A program made the translations under genes and the position numbers. A DNA stretch of 64,000 bases from Mobula birostris (Eukaryota): NCBI RefSeq assembly GCF_030028105.1, contig NC_092377.1, forward strand, positions 89,186,569 to 89,250,568. The letters are read 5' to 3'. The notes beneath the pieces were generated by a model. The model made no database searches and was not told the origin of the DNA. It saw only the letters and a list, made by a program, of their open reading frames with translations. This document shows positions 11,719 through 25,316 of this stretch, piece after piece (position 1 is the first letter of the stretch; every line of letters starts with the position of its first letter).

Positions 11719-12534
11719 GAGATGCACCCCAAAGATTCACATATTGATTAAAGCTAAATGCCTGAGAAATTTGTGAGACAGTAGGATTCCAGGGGTGCAG
11801 AATGGAACGTGGACATCTAGTGGGAATGTCAGCAATGAGGAAAGATATGGGAACTTTAAGAAAGAAGCAAGGCAATGACTTGGAAGAGGAGAAAGTAACT
11901 AGGGAATGATAATGTCAGTTGTTTAGAAGGTTGATAAACCTGCCAATGACTATGCAGAGCAAAAATACCGAGCCTGTGAGGCTTACCCAGAGTTAGCAAT
12001 CCAGGAAGGGATGATTCAGTTTTCCTGAAAATGCTCAAGGAAGGACTGAGCTCAGCCCATCAGGAGATTTTAGACTTGGGAATAACAGTGGGATCCACCT
12101 ACCCCACAATAGTTTAAAGGGCTGGGGGAACAGATTGAAAGAGAGGGAAAAGGAGTCGAAAGTTGACTGTAGTAGACATAGCTGCTGTGAAGTTGCAGGA
12201 ATCCTACTTTGTTTACTACTGACCAGGGCATTTAGCGAGGGACTGCCGCACAAAACATATAAGGTCAAAGGAGATAATATGTTACAGCGGTAATCACCCA
12301 AGGACAGTTGGAGAGAGTTTCCTAACGGAAGAAAGAGATATGTGAGTCACCCACCAAGACAGGTAGAGACCACAACAGAACCTCAGTCCCCAATACTGGC
12401 AGCACCCTCTCTGTTCAGTCTGACTGCTGAGCAGATTACAGAACTAGACAGCCTTGAGGTCTGACAAATAGCTTGTGGTGGCTCCATCGTCAGCACTGGT
12501 GACCTACGATGTACACAACAGTATTGTTAGGGGG

Positions 12535-12830
12535 CCGGCAATGAGATGTGTTAGTGGACACGGGCATCAGTATCGTTAACTGACCTACCCTTGTCAATGA
12601 CTGGAGAAGCTATTACTATTACATTTGTAAGAAGAAGAACAGTGAAGGCAGATAGAAGTGAGTCACAGATACTCGAAATCGGTATAGTGCAGCTTCCAGC
12701 ATATTTCTGGATCTGTCTAAATAATGAGGGTACTATCCTTGGAATAGACATACTGAGGGAGGCAGGGGCTGTTATAGACTCCAGAAAGGGAGAAATTAAC
12801 GGACAGGTCAGGGGCAGTGAAAACACGTAC
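12535..12830 (+). pseudogene. retroviral/LTR-type aspartic protease relic
   Basis: VLVDTG at ~12548-12565 and ILGIDIL downstream in another frame. Confidence 0.5.
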
Positions 12831-13049
12831 AACTAAAGAGTACACAGCATTGTTGCAGTCACTTCAATCATAAGGACTAGAGCTAAATGGTGCTTGTAGG
12901 TTGTCTTGTCAGCAGTTCCCAGAGGTATGAGCTAGACACAAGCAAGAATATGGTCGGCTGAAGATAACCCAGTTAAAATACAATTGTGAAATATTATATG
13001 TAGGCATACACCTTATGACATAAAGCTGAAATTAATTGAAAAGTCATGA

Positions 13050-13440
13050 AAACATGTCGGAATGGGAATTAAAATGTTTGGCAACCGGGTCGTTTTGCTT
13101 TTGCAGATGCAGCCCCCCAATTTATGACCGGTCTCACCAATGGAGAGGGGGCCACATCGGGAGAAGTGGACACAATAGACGACCCCAGGATATTCGCTAG
13201 TGAAGTGTTGCTTCATCTGGAAGGACTGTTTCAAGCCCTGAATGGCGGCGAAGGTGGAGGTGAGCGGACAGATGTAATACTTTGGCCACTTGCAGGGGTA
13301 AGTGCTGGGAAAAAAGATTAATGGGGATCGACAAATGGGCAAGGGAATCATGGAGGGAGCAATCACTGCAGAAAGTCGAGGTGGGGTGTAAAGATATGTT
13401 TGGTGGCAGGATCTCTTTGGAGATGGCTGAAGTTGTGGGG
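13050..13440 (-). mobile_element. Penelope-like GIY-YIG fragment
   Basis: QHFTSEYPGVVYCVHFSRCGPLSIGETGHKLG. Confidence 0.75.
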
Positions 13441-14317
13441 AACGAGTTCCTCAGCAGTTTGATTTTGGCTCCAGGAAAATCAGTTTAACTTTGGTAACAA
13501 AGCTTTTGGAAACAATAATCAGGGAAAACATGATAGGCAACTTGAGAAGGTTAAGTTGATACTCAAGCATGGATTGTTACACCGTAACAACAATCTGTGA
13601 ATTATTTAATGTTAATAGAGAAGGCTAATACAGGTAATGCAGTAGATGTCATTTTCAGAAGGCTTTCTACATTGTTCCACTTGCAAGGCTAATTAACAGA
13701 ACTGTGATCTTGGAATTAAAGAATCATTAGTAGCGTGGAAAGGAAATTAGCTTAAAGGCAAACGAGCAAAGGGTTGTACTAACCAGCTATTTCCCAGCCT
13801 ACTCATGCGACAGTTCAATATATTAATCACCTTATAAGGTAAAATATTTCGGTGTAGGATAAAACATTCAGATCTGTAGATGTCACAAAGCTAGTCTATG
13901 GAATAAATTGTGAGAAAAATTACGCTAGACTATAGACAGACAGAAGGAGCCCAATAAATATCCCGGTTAAATGGCACACGAAATTTAATTCCAAATTATA
14001 CACTGTGGCAAAAAGAATGAGACACAATATAGGCTAAATGGCTAGGTTCTAAAGGTGTTCAGAAACAAGTGTAACCTCAATTCCACATTCATATCCACCC
14101 AGTTACCTTTCAATCATTTGTCAATCTATCTACCTCAGCCTTAAGAATGCTCAAAGATTTGGTTTTTCCACGGACCCTTGAATGAAAGGATTCTAAAGAC
14201 TCAGAAAATTAAACCTTTAAGATGGGTGACCACTTACGGTAAGCAGTGGCATGGATACTACGTGATGACTGTTCTTTATATGATGTAAATGTCAGTGGTT
14301 CCATGAAGTTAGGTAGA

Positions 14318-14840
14318 CCATAAGACATAGGAGCATTAGGCTGTACGGACTGTCAAGTCTGCTCCACATTCAATCATGGCTGATTATTTTTCCTCTCAAC
14401 TCCATCCTGCTAGCTTCTTTCTGTGACCTTTGATACTCTAACTAGTCAAGAACATATCAACCTCCGCATTAAATGTAGGCAATGACTTGGCCTTCACAGC
14501 CATCTGTGGTAATTAATTCCACAGATTCACCACTATCTGGATAAAGAATTTCCTCGTTATCTGTGTTCTAAAGGAACGTCCTTCTATTCTGAGGCTGTGC
14601 CCTCTGGTCCTAGACTCTCCCACTATTGGAAACATCTTCTTCATGTCCAGTCTATCTAGGTCTTTCAATATTTGACTGTGAAATCCACCCCCCCCCCCAC
14701 TTTATTCTTCTAAACTCCAGAGTGTACAGGCCCAGAGCCATCAAGCACTCCTCATACATTAACCTTTTCTTTCCAGGATTTCTCATGAATCTTCTTTGGA
14801 CCCTCTCCAACGCCAGTACATCCTTTCTTAGATATGGAGG
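14318..14840 (-). mobile_element. CR1 LINE 3' end
   Basis: PYLRKDVLALERVQRRFMR...LGLYTLEFRR plus CR1 3'UTR/tail. Confidence 0.8.
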
Positions 14841-15526
14841 TGACATACATGGTGTGTCAGAGAGCAATTTTAATATATCCAATAAAAAAACATGAACAGA
14901 TAAAGCACTCATGTTACACACCACAGAACTTGGGTTGAAGTTAGTGAAAAATAAAATCAAAGGCTGTAGAATGTGCAAATAATCTAATTTGATTTTGCAC
15001 AGTCTGGATAGGTTAAAACTACCCCGTAAGATTCTTCAATCTTAAAAATCATTTGTGGAATCAGATTCTTGTTCGTTTCCCTATTTATAAAGAAAAGAAC
15101 TGGCACAGGTCTTACTCTAATTCTATTTGTAAAATTCAACATATATTGCTATTACATCTGATAAAACAAATGAATTCAAAGCATTGTCATGATGACTCTA
15201 ATACCCACTTTAATCATGAATATGTACTTTGTCATTTAAGCAACTGATAATCGACATTTGTAATGTATTTTTAATCTTTCTGTATCAATAATAGTGCAAC
15301 ATTTCACATGTACATAAAGATTTAAAATGCATTTCTGCACATTCATTTTTGGTACATTCTACAAGAAATATTCCCAAGATTATTTCCCATTAAGACATTA
15401 AGTTACAGGAAGCTCAAATCAAATATGTTTAAGATCAGCAAGTATACTGTAAACAATAAACAGCATATTAATTTTAACCAAGGACAATCCAGCCAACTGG
15501 ACTCAGAGATAGGCTATGTAACACCG

Positions 15527-16303
15527 TTATTTCCTGAACTGGTTGCTGAACTGAATAATGGCATATTGCCCACTGGTCATCCAGTCAGGATCAGAGCCTG
15601 CCAGCTGCTCACCTAGGCCTGGCTGTAAGCCAACCTGAATATCAGCTTTTAGAGTGCGCAAGCTACAAAGGGGTGCTGGATGAAAACCACGCAGTGCAGT
15701 TTCAAAAGAAACTGTATAGCTCCACTTCCTGTCTCCTGTTAGCTTCCTATAATTCAAGTCTCCCTTAAAAAATATTAAATTTGACTTCTGCAGTTCCACA
15801 TACAGATCATTTGCAACCAGGGACATGTCACAAAACTCATGGGGGAGGGTCCAGAATGGGTGGTCTTGATAAATCCAAACACCTTTTGTCATGTACTCTT
15901 CCCATGCAACAGCACACTTGGACATCTGCGGGTGGCTGGATGTCTTCATCTGCTTCAATGTCCAGTCAAAATCTTTCTTAGTCGTATCAGAAACAAACCA
16001 AGGTATAGCCTTTCCATGAAAGTGAACTTCATCAGCAAGCTGACAGGCGATTAGAAAATCTGCCAGAACCAAGTCAGCCACCAGCTCAAATCCAGAGTTG
16101 TCAAGGACAATATCTACTCGGGTGTGAGCTGTTTCTGAAGTTTTCTTTTTCTTACTACAAATGAGGTGGCTCCAAACAAATTCAAAGTCATCTATCAAAA
16201 TGAAAGGTTTCAAAGATTCAAGAGAAGTTAATGGATTGAGTTTCTGAGAGTTGGCCAGACCAGCAGAAATAGAAAGGTCACATCTGTTACCCCACAGTGC
16301 AAC
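15527..16303 (-). CDS. ARMT1: ARMT1 coding exon 5 (terminal)
   Basis: Acceptor aaatccag|GTT; 777 nt to TAA. Encodes VALWGNRCDLS...VLDNSGFELVADL...IPWFVSDTT...FKGDLNYRKL...LRTLKAD, which are DUF89/ARMT1 motifs. Total CDS is 1410 nt = 469 aa plus stop. Confidence 0.97.
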   Translation of the reverse strand, partial: VALWGNRCDLSISAGLANSQKLNPLTSLESLKPFILIDDFEFVWSHLICSKKKKTSETAHTRVDIVLDNSGFELVADLVLADFLIACQLADEVHFHGKAIPWFVSDTTKKDFDWTLKQMKTSSHPQMSKCAVAWEEYMTKGVWIYQDHPFWTLPHEFCDMSLVANDLYVELQKSNLIFFKGDLNYRKLTGDRKWSYTVSFETALRGFHPAPLCSLRTLKADIQVGLQPGLGEQLAGSDPDWMTSGQYAIIQFSNQFRK

Positions 16304-17147
16304 CTGGATTTAAATAAAAAACACAAATTATGAAGATTATCTTTTCACATCACAGAAAACTGACACAGAAAACAGAATGACAATTAAACACTTTATTTTT
16401 CACACTGAGAAATCCTTGCTTCTGAACATTCTTTTTATGATAATCTCTGATTGCAAGTATGGTACTACCTGGCGAAAAAAAAACACTGGCAAGAGATTTT
16501 TTTTCATTACTCTTGAATTTTAAAAACCAGTTAGTAGTTAGAAATAACTAATTTTGAATGGTACAAGCTTACTCCTAAATTTATGAACAATTAACTTGTG
16601 AATCATAGGGACTTCAAAAGGACATTCCGCCAGCTCAATCTTTTAAAAAAAAATTGACATGGATTTTGGACATTTTAAAGGAGCATTTGCTGAAACATTT
16701 TCCTCTCCCCTAATGATAAATGTCTCAAGTGACACAACAGGCAAGCGTTCCATAGGTCAAAAGCTCCTGCAATCTGACTCCTGAAATTCAACTAAATCAG
16801 AAGTTCTTCGGTTTAATAGGTTGTACTTAAGAGCTTTTAAGGAGGCAGATGATAACTTTTGAGATGAGAATATTCAAAGTTCTTTCTCAAAAATTCTCTA
16901 GACTGTAGGGTCACTATTATTTCTCTGAGAGAGAAACCGAGAAGATTTACAGCAGTGACTCTCAAACTAATGACAGTAAATTACACAAGTCTATAATAAC
17001 AAATAGACTGAGTACTTTTAGAATTATCAACCGATCAAAGAAAACCAGCATGGACTGTAAATGACTTGATTAATGAAGCCGACTTAATTAATGAGCAGAA
17101 ATGTTTTTTTAAACTTCCAGAAGTCATTGGATAAACTCCCTCAAAAG

Positions 17148-18880
17148 CCTGGTAGGTCGAATTAATGTTATTAAAATGTATATCCTTGCTAAATTTTTGT
17201 ATTTATTTCAATTCTTACCAACTTTTATTTCTAAAGCTTTTTTTGATACATTAGATTCTATTATTTCGTCCTATCTATGGAAGGGCAAACATTCTAGACT
17301 TAATAAAGCTCACCTTCAAAAACCTAAAAAAGAAGGTGGTATGCCCCTGCCTAATTTTTGTTTATATTATTGGGCAGCCAATATTCTTTGTCTTATTTTT
17401 TGGTCTTTCTTCCATAATCAGTCTGACTGCCCAAAATGGGTGGCAATGGAGTTGAATTCTAGTAAGCATCTTTCGATTTCTGCACTTCTCGGACCTGCAC
17501 TTCCTTGTCACTTCCCTAGACTAATTGTTAATCCTCTTATTAGACATACTTTGAGAATATGGTCTCAGTTCAAAAAATATAATGGCCTTCATGGTTTCTC
17601 TCTCTCCAGCAATACCTATATTTACACAATCATCTTTTCCTACCTTCTATGCAGGATTCAACATTTCATGATTGGTACAGAAAGGGTATTAGGCGCTTTG
17701 AAGATCTTTTCATAGGTAATCATTTTGCAACTTTTCAACAAATGTCTGTAAAGTTTAACCTACCTAATACTTATTTCTTTAGATATCTTCACATTAGACA
17801 TTTCATTAACCCTTTAGTATCAAACTTTCCTCAGATGCCTGAGAAAAATGTTGTGGACCTGATTCTTTGTATTAATCCACTGGGTAAAGGTTTAATATCT
17901 GCTATTTGGGATAAGTTAGTGATCTTGAGGCGTACCCCCTTCGATAAAATTAGAACTGCTTGGGAGCATGATTTAAATATTTCCTTATCTGATGCAGTTT
18001 GGGATTCAATCCTTAAGTCAGTTAACCTCTTTATGTGCTCGCCACTGCCTTTTGCAGTTTAAGGTTGTACACAGGGCTATGTCTAAAACTAAATTATCGC
18101 GGTTTTACCCTGACATTAGTCCTGTTTGCGATAAGTGTAAAGGGGCTGAGGCTTTTCTTATCCATATGTACTGGGCCTGCCCTAGTGTGGAGAAATTCTG
18201 GAGAGAAGTTTTTTTCAACTCTATCCCATATTCTTACTTGCCACTTAGAACCTAACCCTCTGATTGCCCTTTCTGGCACCTTGGGTGAAGTAGAGAACAT
18301 TATCTTTTGCTTCTCTCTTGGCTAGATGGTTATTTCTTCTTACGTGGAGAGATGCTGCCCCACCCACTCATGCTCAATGGCTTAATGATATTATGTCTTG
18401 TTTAGACCTTGAAAAAATTCATTATTCACTTCTTAACTCGGACATAAAGTTTCATAAGGTGTGGGGACCTTTTCTTGAAAACTTTCATAACTACTCGTTA
18501 GATTAAGTTTATCCTTTTTTTTGTACTACAATCCCTTTCAGCTTTTTTTCCTGTAAGTTTTATGGTTTTTTGTTGTGAATTACATTATAGTTTTGGTAAG
18601 TCGACATTATATTTTCTTTTTTTATATATACTTACAGCTCTGTGGGGTTGAATGCTCTGATTAATTTTTCTTTTATACATAGAAATGGTTGGCCTGGGGT
18701 TTTATAGTGGGAGAGTGGGGAGGACACTAATTTTATATGAATTTATTTTGGGTGCTTTTTCCTTATTGTTATGAATTATATATTGGACATGTTTGTTTTG
18801 CACTGTATAAACCTCCATTTTGTTGATGTTTTTTTTCTGTAACTGTATTGTAGAAACACATAAAAAATTAATTAAAAAAG
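17148..18880 (+). mobile_element. 5'-truncated L1-clade LINE in ARMT1 intron 4 (antisense to the gene)
   Basis: GRINVIKMYILAKFLYLFQ...KKEGGMPLPNF and the cysteine-rich CDKC...HMYWACP; A-rich tail; 15-bp TSD AAACTCCCTCAAAAG at 17133-17147 and 18881-18895. Confidence 0.9.
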
Positions 18881-19639
18881 AAACTCCCTCAAAAGAAGCT
18901 GCTACATTAAGTTGAAACTCATGGAAGTGATGGCAAATTATCGTCTCAGTGAAGAAACTGGCTGAGTCAAGATAATGGGCAGATATCTAAGTTGATTGGA
19001 TGTGACTGGTGCTGCATTTCCAGGGCAATGTTCACAATTAAGGTTTTTAAAAGCAATTGATTCAATTAAAATCTACTTATCCAAATCTGCTGATGGCACA
19101 AAGATAGATGATTTTGTAAGATTACTTACAAAAAATCTAAACTGATTAAGCAAATGTATGATAATCTACTTTGGATTTATAAAAGAACATTTTCTAAAAG
19201 GTGTGAACTTCGAAACAGTGATTGTCCAAAAAGTCTTAAGGGTAGCCAAACAAAAATTAGTTAAATAATGAAGTGGCAAAAAAAAATCAACTAAAATAAT
19301 GCTGGCTTTTGTATTCTGAAAACTATGTTACAACAGTAAAGAGTCTTGGTAGACCACACTTGGTATACCAGGAGCAGTTCTTGCCTCCGCACCTTAGAAA
19401 GGATATATGGGTTTCAGGCAGAGTACAAGGTAGAACTAATAGGATCTACACTCATGGATATCAAGCCCTATTCTAAGTATTTCTAGCATTTTATGTTTTT
19501 GTTCTAAGTTACAAGAATTTGGGAGCAGTAATCTGGTATTTAGAACTGACACATGGATAAAGAGAAATTTTCTGTATATGGCAAAATAGAGTTCAATTCT
19601 ATAAATTTGGTTAGGAACCTAAGGATAGGGGAGCTATAT

Positions 19640-20945
19640 ACATAAAATACTAGAGGAATAATCAGGCAGCATCTCTGGACAGAGATGAACAGTCAACGTT
19701 TTGAGCTGAGACCCTTCATCAGGTCTGGAAAGGAAGAGGGCAGAAGCCTGAATAAAAGAATGGGGTAAGGAGATGGGCACAAACTGACAGTACAGGTGAC
19801 TCCAGAACAGAAGGGAAGGCTGGAGAGTGGAATGGGGGGGGGGTGTTGGGCAGAGGAGGGAATGATGTGGGAAGCTAGGAGGCTACAGGTGGAAGAGGCA
19901 AAGGGCTGAAGAAGAAGGAAACTGCTTGGAGAGGACAGTAGACCATGGAATAAAGGGAAGAGAAAGGGAACCAGAAGGAGAAAGATGAAGGTAATGGGCA
20001 AGTTGTAAAGTGTGATAGGGGAAAGGGAAGGGGTAACTGGGCCATAGGGATAAGAGAAAACAAAAGGCGGGAGGGGAACAGAGGGGAGCGGCTACCAGAA
20101 GTTAGAGAAATTTATGTCGATGTTGTCAGGCTGAGGTGTTGCTCCTCTTGTCTAAGCCTGGCTTACACATGGGAGTCAAGGCTGTGGATAGACATTTCGC
20201 TGTGCAAATGGGATGTGGAATTAAAATAGCTGGCCACCAAGGACCCTGGATGTTGTTGCCAGTGCAAAGGTGCTCAATGCTCAACAAAGCAATCCCCCAA
20301 TGTGCATTGGGCCTTTCTGATGTAAAGGAGGCTGTACTGGGAGCATCATATGCAATAAATGACACCAATGGATTCACATGTAAAGAATTGCTTTGCCTCA
20401 AAGGACTGTTTAGGACCCTGAATATCGGTGAGGGTGGTGTAGGGGGAGGTGTGATACTTCCCTACCACCCCACAAGCCTCCGTATGCAGCACATCATTTC
20501 CTATAACTTAAGCCATCTTCAACAGGTAAACTCATCATTCTCTCTCCCCCATTCTCCGCTTTCTGCAGGGATCTCTCTCTATATGACTCCTTGTCTACTT
20601 GTCCCTCCAACTGATCTCCCTCCTGGCGTTTATCCCTGCAAGCAGGACAAGTACTACATCTGCCCCCTAAACCTCCTCCCTCACCACATTCAGGACCCAC
20701 TTCCAGGTGAGGCGACACTTCACCTGCGAGACTACCAATGTCATCTACTGTATCCAGTGCACTCTCCTCTACATCAGTGAAATCTGACATAGATTGGGAG
20801 ACTGCTTCATCGGATACCTTTGCTCTGTTGACCACAAAAGATGGGATTTCCCAGTGTTCATCCATTTCAATTCCGCACCCCATTCCCATATGTCAGTCCT
20901 TGGCATCCTCAAATGTCACGATAAGGCCACTCCCAGGTTAGGGTA
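19640..20945. mobile_element. older Penelope-like insertion with inverted arms
   Basis: ~19640-20450 is a minus-strand pLTR plus GIY-YIG with a decayed hammerhead at ~19690-19725; ~20450-20945 is a plus-strand linker plus GIY-YIG. Confidence 0.75.
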
Positions 20946-21351
20946 ACTAGAAACAATTCTGTTATAAAATACAAAGTAGATTTTTAAATCCAATCTGCAT
21001 TAGAGTTTTGGTGTAATATGTTTTGATTGCTATTACTGAGAGCACAATAACTCATGAGTTCTACTTCTGAAATCTTCTCTGCCCAAGTTCTTGGACCTTG
21101 GTGTCAGCGTATTCTTATTTATGGAACTGGGGTTGTTTCATATTAAAATCATCCACTGTTTACAGAACAATAAGGAAATACTTTAATATTTTTATTATTT
21201 TACCTTTTTGTATTGATACTGAGCAACAATACCAAGGAAAAGCATCTAGGTCAAGTATAATTAATTATACGCTGATATTTTTTCACAGCCATGCAAAACT
21301 TTAATGATGTAACAGAAGTATTATTAAGGAAATAACTGATTTTAAGGTTAC

Positions 21352-21517
21352 CTGTAGGACATGCAGTAGCTCAGCTTTGATTTGGGTCTGCTTAAAACTT
21401 TTCACATTCTTATTTATTTCTTGTAGGTGGGCAGAAAGGGCTGTAATAGCTTGCTGTGACTCCAGGAAACCTTGAGTCTTTGCTTCATTAAATACATCAA
21501 AATCACATATGGGAGGA
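21352..21517 (-). CDS. ARMT1: ARMT1 coding exon 4
   Basis: Acceptor cattacag|T and donor CAG|gtaacc; 166 nt. Encodes (N)PPICDFDVFNEAKTQGFLESQQAITALSAHLQ...LLHVLQ. Phases fit exons 3 and 5. Confidence 0.95.
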
Positions 21518-22160
21518 CTGTAATGTAAAATGAGAAAAATAAACAAGTTCACTGACTTCCAAAAGTCTAAAAATTTCTTAGTATTTAATATCAATGTACT
21601 GTTCATGGACAAATGTAAAAAAAGTGCTTTCACTTACATGCAGCTTTAACAAATAAAATCCAAGACAGTTCATAAAATATTAGAAAAAATATTTAGCACA
21701 AGGACAAGATATAGAACAGGTGTTTAAACATATGGGAAAAGATTGTACAGTGAATCTTAAGGAAAGGTGACTGGTATAGATTTAAAGAGCATTTTGAAAA
21801 CTTATAGCCTAGCAAATGCAAGATGTAGAATTTAGTGATATAGTGAGGTGAGTGGGAAATGCAAAAGGTACAAGAAAAGCAGAGTTCTCAGGTGACTGTA
21901 AAACTGAAGAAGATATCAGAAATAAAAGACCTTAAAAAAGGAACTTTAGCATGCTGTGCACTTATAGGGGAAGATTTGCAGTAGCATTGCTCACAAAGTA
22001 TCTGTTACATCCTCATTACATTCCAAAAATAATTTCAAACAAGGAATTGCCACTGCCACACAAGAAGAACAAGGACATGAGGATGCCAGAGGACACCTTT
22101 GAAACTTAAAAAAGATTGTAGAATGCACAAATCAGTAATTGGTGATTATGTACAGCCAGA

Positions 22161-22196
22161 AAACAAACAAACAAACAAACAAACACACACACACAC
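22161..22196. repeat. compound microsatellite (AAAC)6(AC)n
   Basis: Read directly from the sequence. Confidence 0.9.
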
Positions 22197-22598
22197 GTTA
22201 AAACAGTAAAAAAAAACACAACAAAGTTGTTAAAATATACACATACATCCCAAAGTATGGATATCAAAAATAAGAGTGCATAGGTTTGAGGTGGGAGGAA
22301 GGAGTTTTAGAGGGGGATCTGAAGATCTGAGGAGCTGCCAGCAGAGGAATTGGAATTGTACACAATTATGACATTTAAACACTTAAATAGGCAAAGCGGA
22401 GAAGAATATGGTCCTAATATGGATAAATGGGGGTACAAAGTACAGCAGTAAGGACAAAGAGCCTGTTTCTGTGCAGTACGACTCAATGACTCTATAAGTT
22501 CATTCTACTAATATCTGTATTCTAGACACAATTTTATTCAAAGTTATTGCCCAATTAACTTCTTTACATTTTATTTTTATTAAAATAACTTCACCCAC

Positions 22599-22840
22599 TT
22601 GAGTTGCAGTGCTTCATGGATCCTGCGGTACATGTAACACTCCATATACAACCAGGGGGCTTTAAACCAACTCGTGTTTTCCTCAGTGCCCAGTCGAGCC
22701 TGTTGTTGTTCTAAATATTTATTCCACTGGGGAACATCTGGTAATTCATCTGTAAGAGGTAGTGCTGGCTTGTCAGTTTGCAGCTCATTTCGTAACTTCG
22801 ACAGGAGACCAATGGCTCTCTTTTCCGCCTCAACTCCTTC
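22599..22840 (-). CDS. ARMT1: ARMT1 coding exon 3
   Basis: Acceptor cttttctcag|GAA and donor AA|gtgggt; 242 nt. Encodes EGVEAEKRAIGLLSKLRNELQTDKP...WFKAPWLYMECYMYRRIHEALQL. Confidence 0.96.
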
Positions 22841-23764
22841 CTGAGAAAAGACATCATAGAATTAGATGCTACCAGTTAAAACATTCACAGATTATTCTTT
22901 GTATACGCAAGCAGTTTTCTACAGCTAGAGTAGCAAGTAATAATTTCCAAAACTGGCCCTAATCCTTCTGTGCACAATTTTCCCTTTAGTTCAGTTGATG
23001 TTTGCTGCCATTAATCACATGGCTAATGACATAATCACAGTTGCTATTTCCCTAATTACCAAACTAAAGTGGTACATTAGTGCAACCTATGACCTGTATT
23101 TATTAAGCACAAAAAATGAAGCAGCAGATTGACAAAGAGGCAAAACTAGACTGCAACAGTGATGTTTCAACAGCATCTTCTGATGTTATCAATTTTCAAT
23201 GTTCAACTACAATAGATGCACAAGCAGTACTTCGTGTTACTCAATAACTGCAGTCCCTTCTGTTATGCAACTCTGCAAATGTTGCAATTTCTGCAAGTTT
23301 ACCATCGAAAATGGTAAACTAGATTTACATCGTTTGGAAATGAATGTTAATGATGTCAATTTTCAATAATAATACAATATTATCTATGAAAATGTTTCTG
23401 ATTTTGAAATTAAAGGAAATGTTCGGGGCAGGCACAAGCATTGAAGATTGCTGCTTCATCTCTTTATTAAGTTTCCTTCACCTCCAAGGCAATTTTTTTG
23501 AGCAGTCTGTAACTACCATAGAGAGAGGTTTTTTTTTTAGGTCTGACATTTCCCTATACATTTCTGGGTCCAATGTAACAAATTGAATTCAGTACTCAGA
23601 ATGCAAGTTGTGGACACTTGTAGAGACCTAGACAAATGCCAATCCAGGAAGTTTCTCCAAATGCAACATCTTGAGCTACACTTTAGAAATGAAACAGCAA
23701 CTGGAGTTACTGTTGTGCATACATGAAGCTGAAGTGCACACAAGAAGTGGAATGAAGCTGAGGT

Positions 23765-24145
23765 ACATTCACGAGGGGTGATCTTATAGAAGCATATAAA
23801 ATCATGAGAGCTATAGGCAGCATAATATGCAGAGTTGTTTTCTCAGGATTGGGGAATCAAGATATAGGGTTAGGGTGAGAGGGGATGAATTTAAAAGCGA
23901 CCTGATGAGCAACACTTTGACCTACAGGGCAGTCCATACATATGCCATGAATTGCCAGAGGAGATGGTTCAAGCAGGTATATTAACAATATTTAGAAGAC
24001 AATTAGATGGGTACATGAACAGGACAGATTTAGAGGGAAATGGGCCAACCACAGGCAAATGAAATTAATTTAGTTGAGAATCTTGGTCAGCATGGACCAG
24101 CTGGGCTAAGGGGCCCATTTCTGTGCTATATGACTATGATTCTAT
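23765..24145 (+). mobile_element. CR1 LINE 3' end
   Basis: RGDLIEAYKIMR peptide; tail GGGCCCATTTCTGTGCTATATGACTATGATTCTATGA. Confidence 0.7.
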
Positions 24146-25116
24146 GACACTGAGAGAAATAAAAAGGCTTATTTGCCTCAAATGGCTGATTCCCTTATCC
24201 TGGAAGAATGCTTCTTAGTTCTACACATGCTCACTAAGGAGACAGCCTATGGACATCAACCTTGTTAATCCCCGTCAGTTTCACTAAAATCAACTCTTAG
24301 ACTTTCAGTGAGTGTAGTTCAAAAGATAATTTTATTAAAATGAAGTTTAGATTCAACCTGCTCAATTTCTCCTAAGTTCCCTTTAACGTATCATGAATCA
24401 ACCTAGTGAAATTTCTCCACATTACCTTTAATGTAACTATAATCTTCCTTGAGTATGGAGGACAAAACTATTCATAACCTCTGATGTTGGTTTCACCAAC
24501 TCAAAACATCCTTGATTTTACTCAATACTGCTTGCAACGACAATCTGTAAACTTTCCTTATTATTTGTTGTATTTGCACACTAGCTGCTTTTAAATCATG
24601 CACTCTAGCAAACTCTTTTGATAGCGCATGCCCAAATTGGCAATAATTTTCTAAAAAAATTCTCTCACATGCCATGGTAACTTTCAGCAGAGATTATCAC
24701 TGATTAATGAATTAGTAACAATAATTATGGACATTTTAAAGGAAAGTGGATGAATAATCCTCACATTACAATCTGTTTGTCGGATCTCTGCACTCCATAT
24801 TACTAGGTGCCCATAACATCAATTGGCAAGATAATAAACACCTCTTGTTTTTTGTCTTTTAAGATGCTTCTTAAATCTACTTCTCCTGCCAAGTTTTAAT
24901 TTTATCTATTCTTGTATCTCCTTCCACCTTGATTACAACTTGCTTTTTTATGGTCCTGTGACAGGCTGATTAAATTCTGCTTGAAAATACTCCTGTGAGA
25001 TACTCAAAATGTTCAGTTAAGTTAAAGGAGGCTACAGGCTTTTGCCATTCCTTACTTTATTGAGAAGGTAATAGAAAGCATTATACTTAGATAGAAAAGG
25101 CAGTTAGAAAGTTTTA

Positions 25117-25316
25117 CAACACACACAAAATGCTGGACGAAATTAGCAGGCCAGACAGTATCTATGGAAGAGTACAGTCGACGTTACGGGTCAAGACCCT
25201 TCCGGAATGTCGACTATACTCTTTTCCATAGATGCTGCCTGGCCTGCTGATTTCCTCCAGCATTTTGTGTGTGTTGCTTGGATTTCCAGCATCTACAGAT
25301 TTTTTCTTACTTGTGA
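25117..25316. mobile_element. 200-bp palindromic Penelope-terminus element in ARMT1 intron 2
   Basis: ~65-bp imperfect inverted arms (CAACACACACAAAATGCTGG...AGTCGAC / GTCGACT...CCAGCATTTTGTGTGTGTTG) plus a ~40-nt extension. TSD TTAGAAAGTTT at 25104-25114 and 25317-25327. Confidence 0.8.

Noticed and set aside
15527-16213. Stand-alone 228-aa ORF start
   Set aside because: The start is a TTG internal to ARMT1 exon 5, whose frame extends to the acceptor at 16303.
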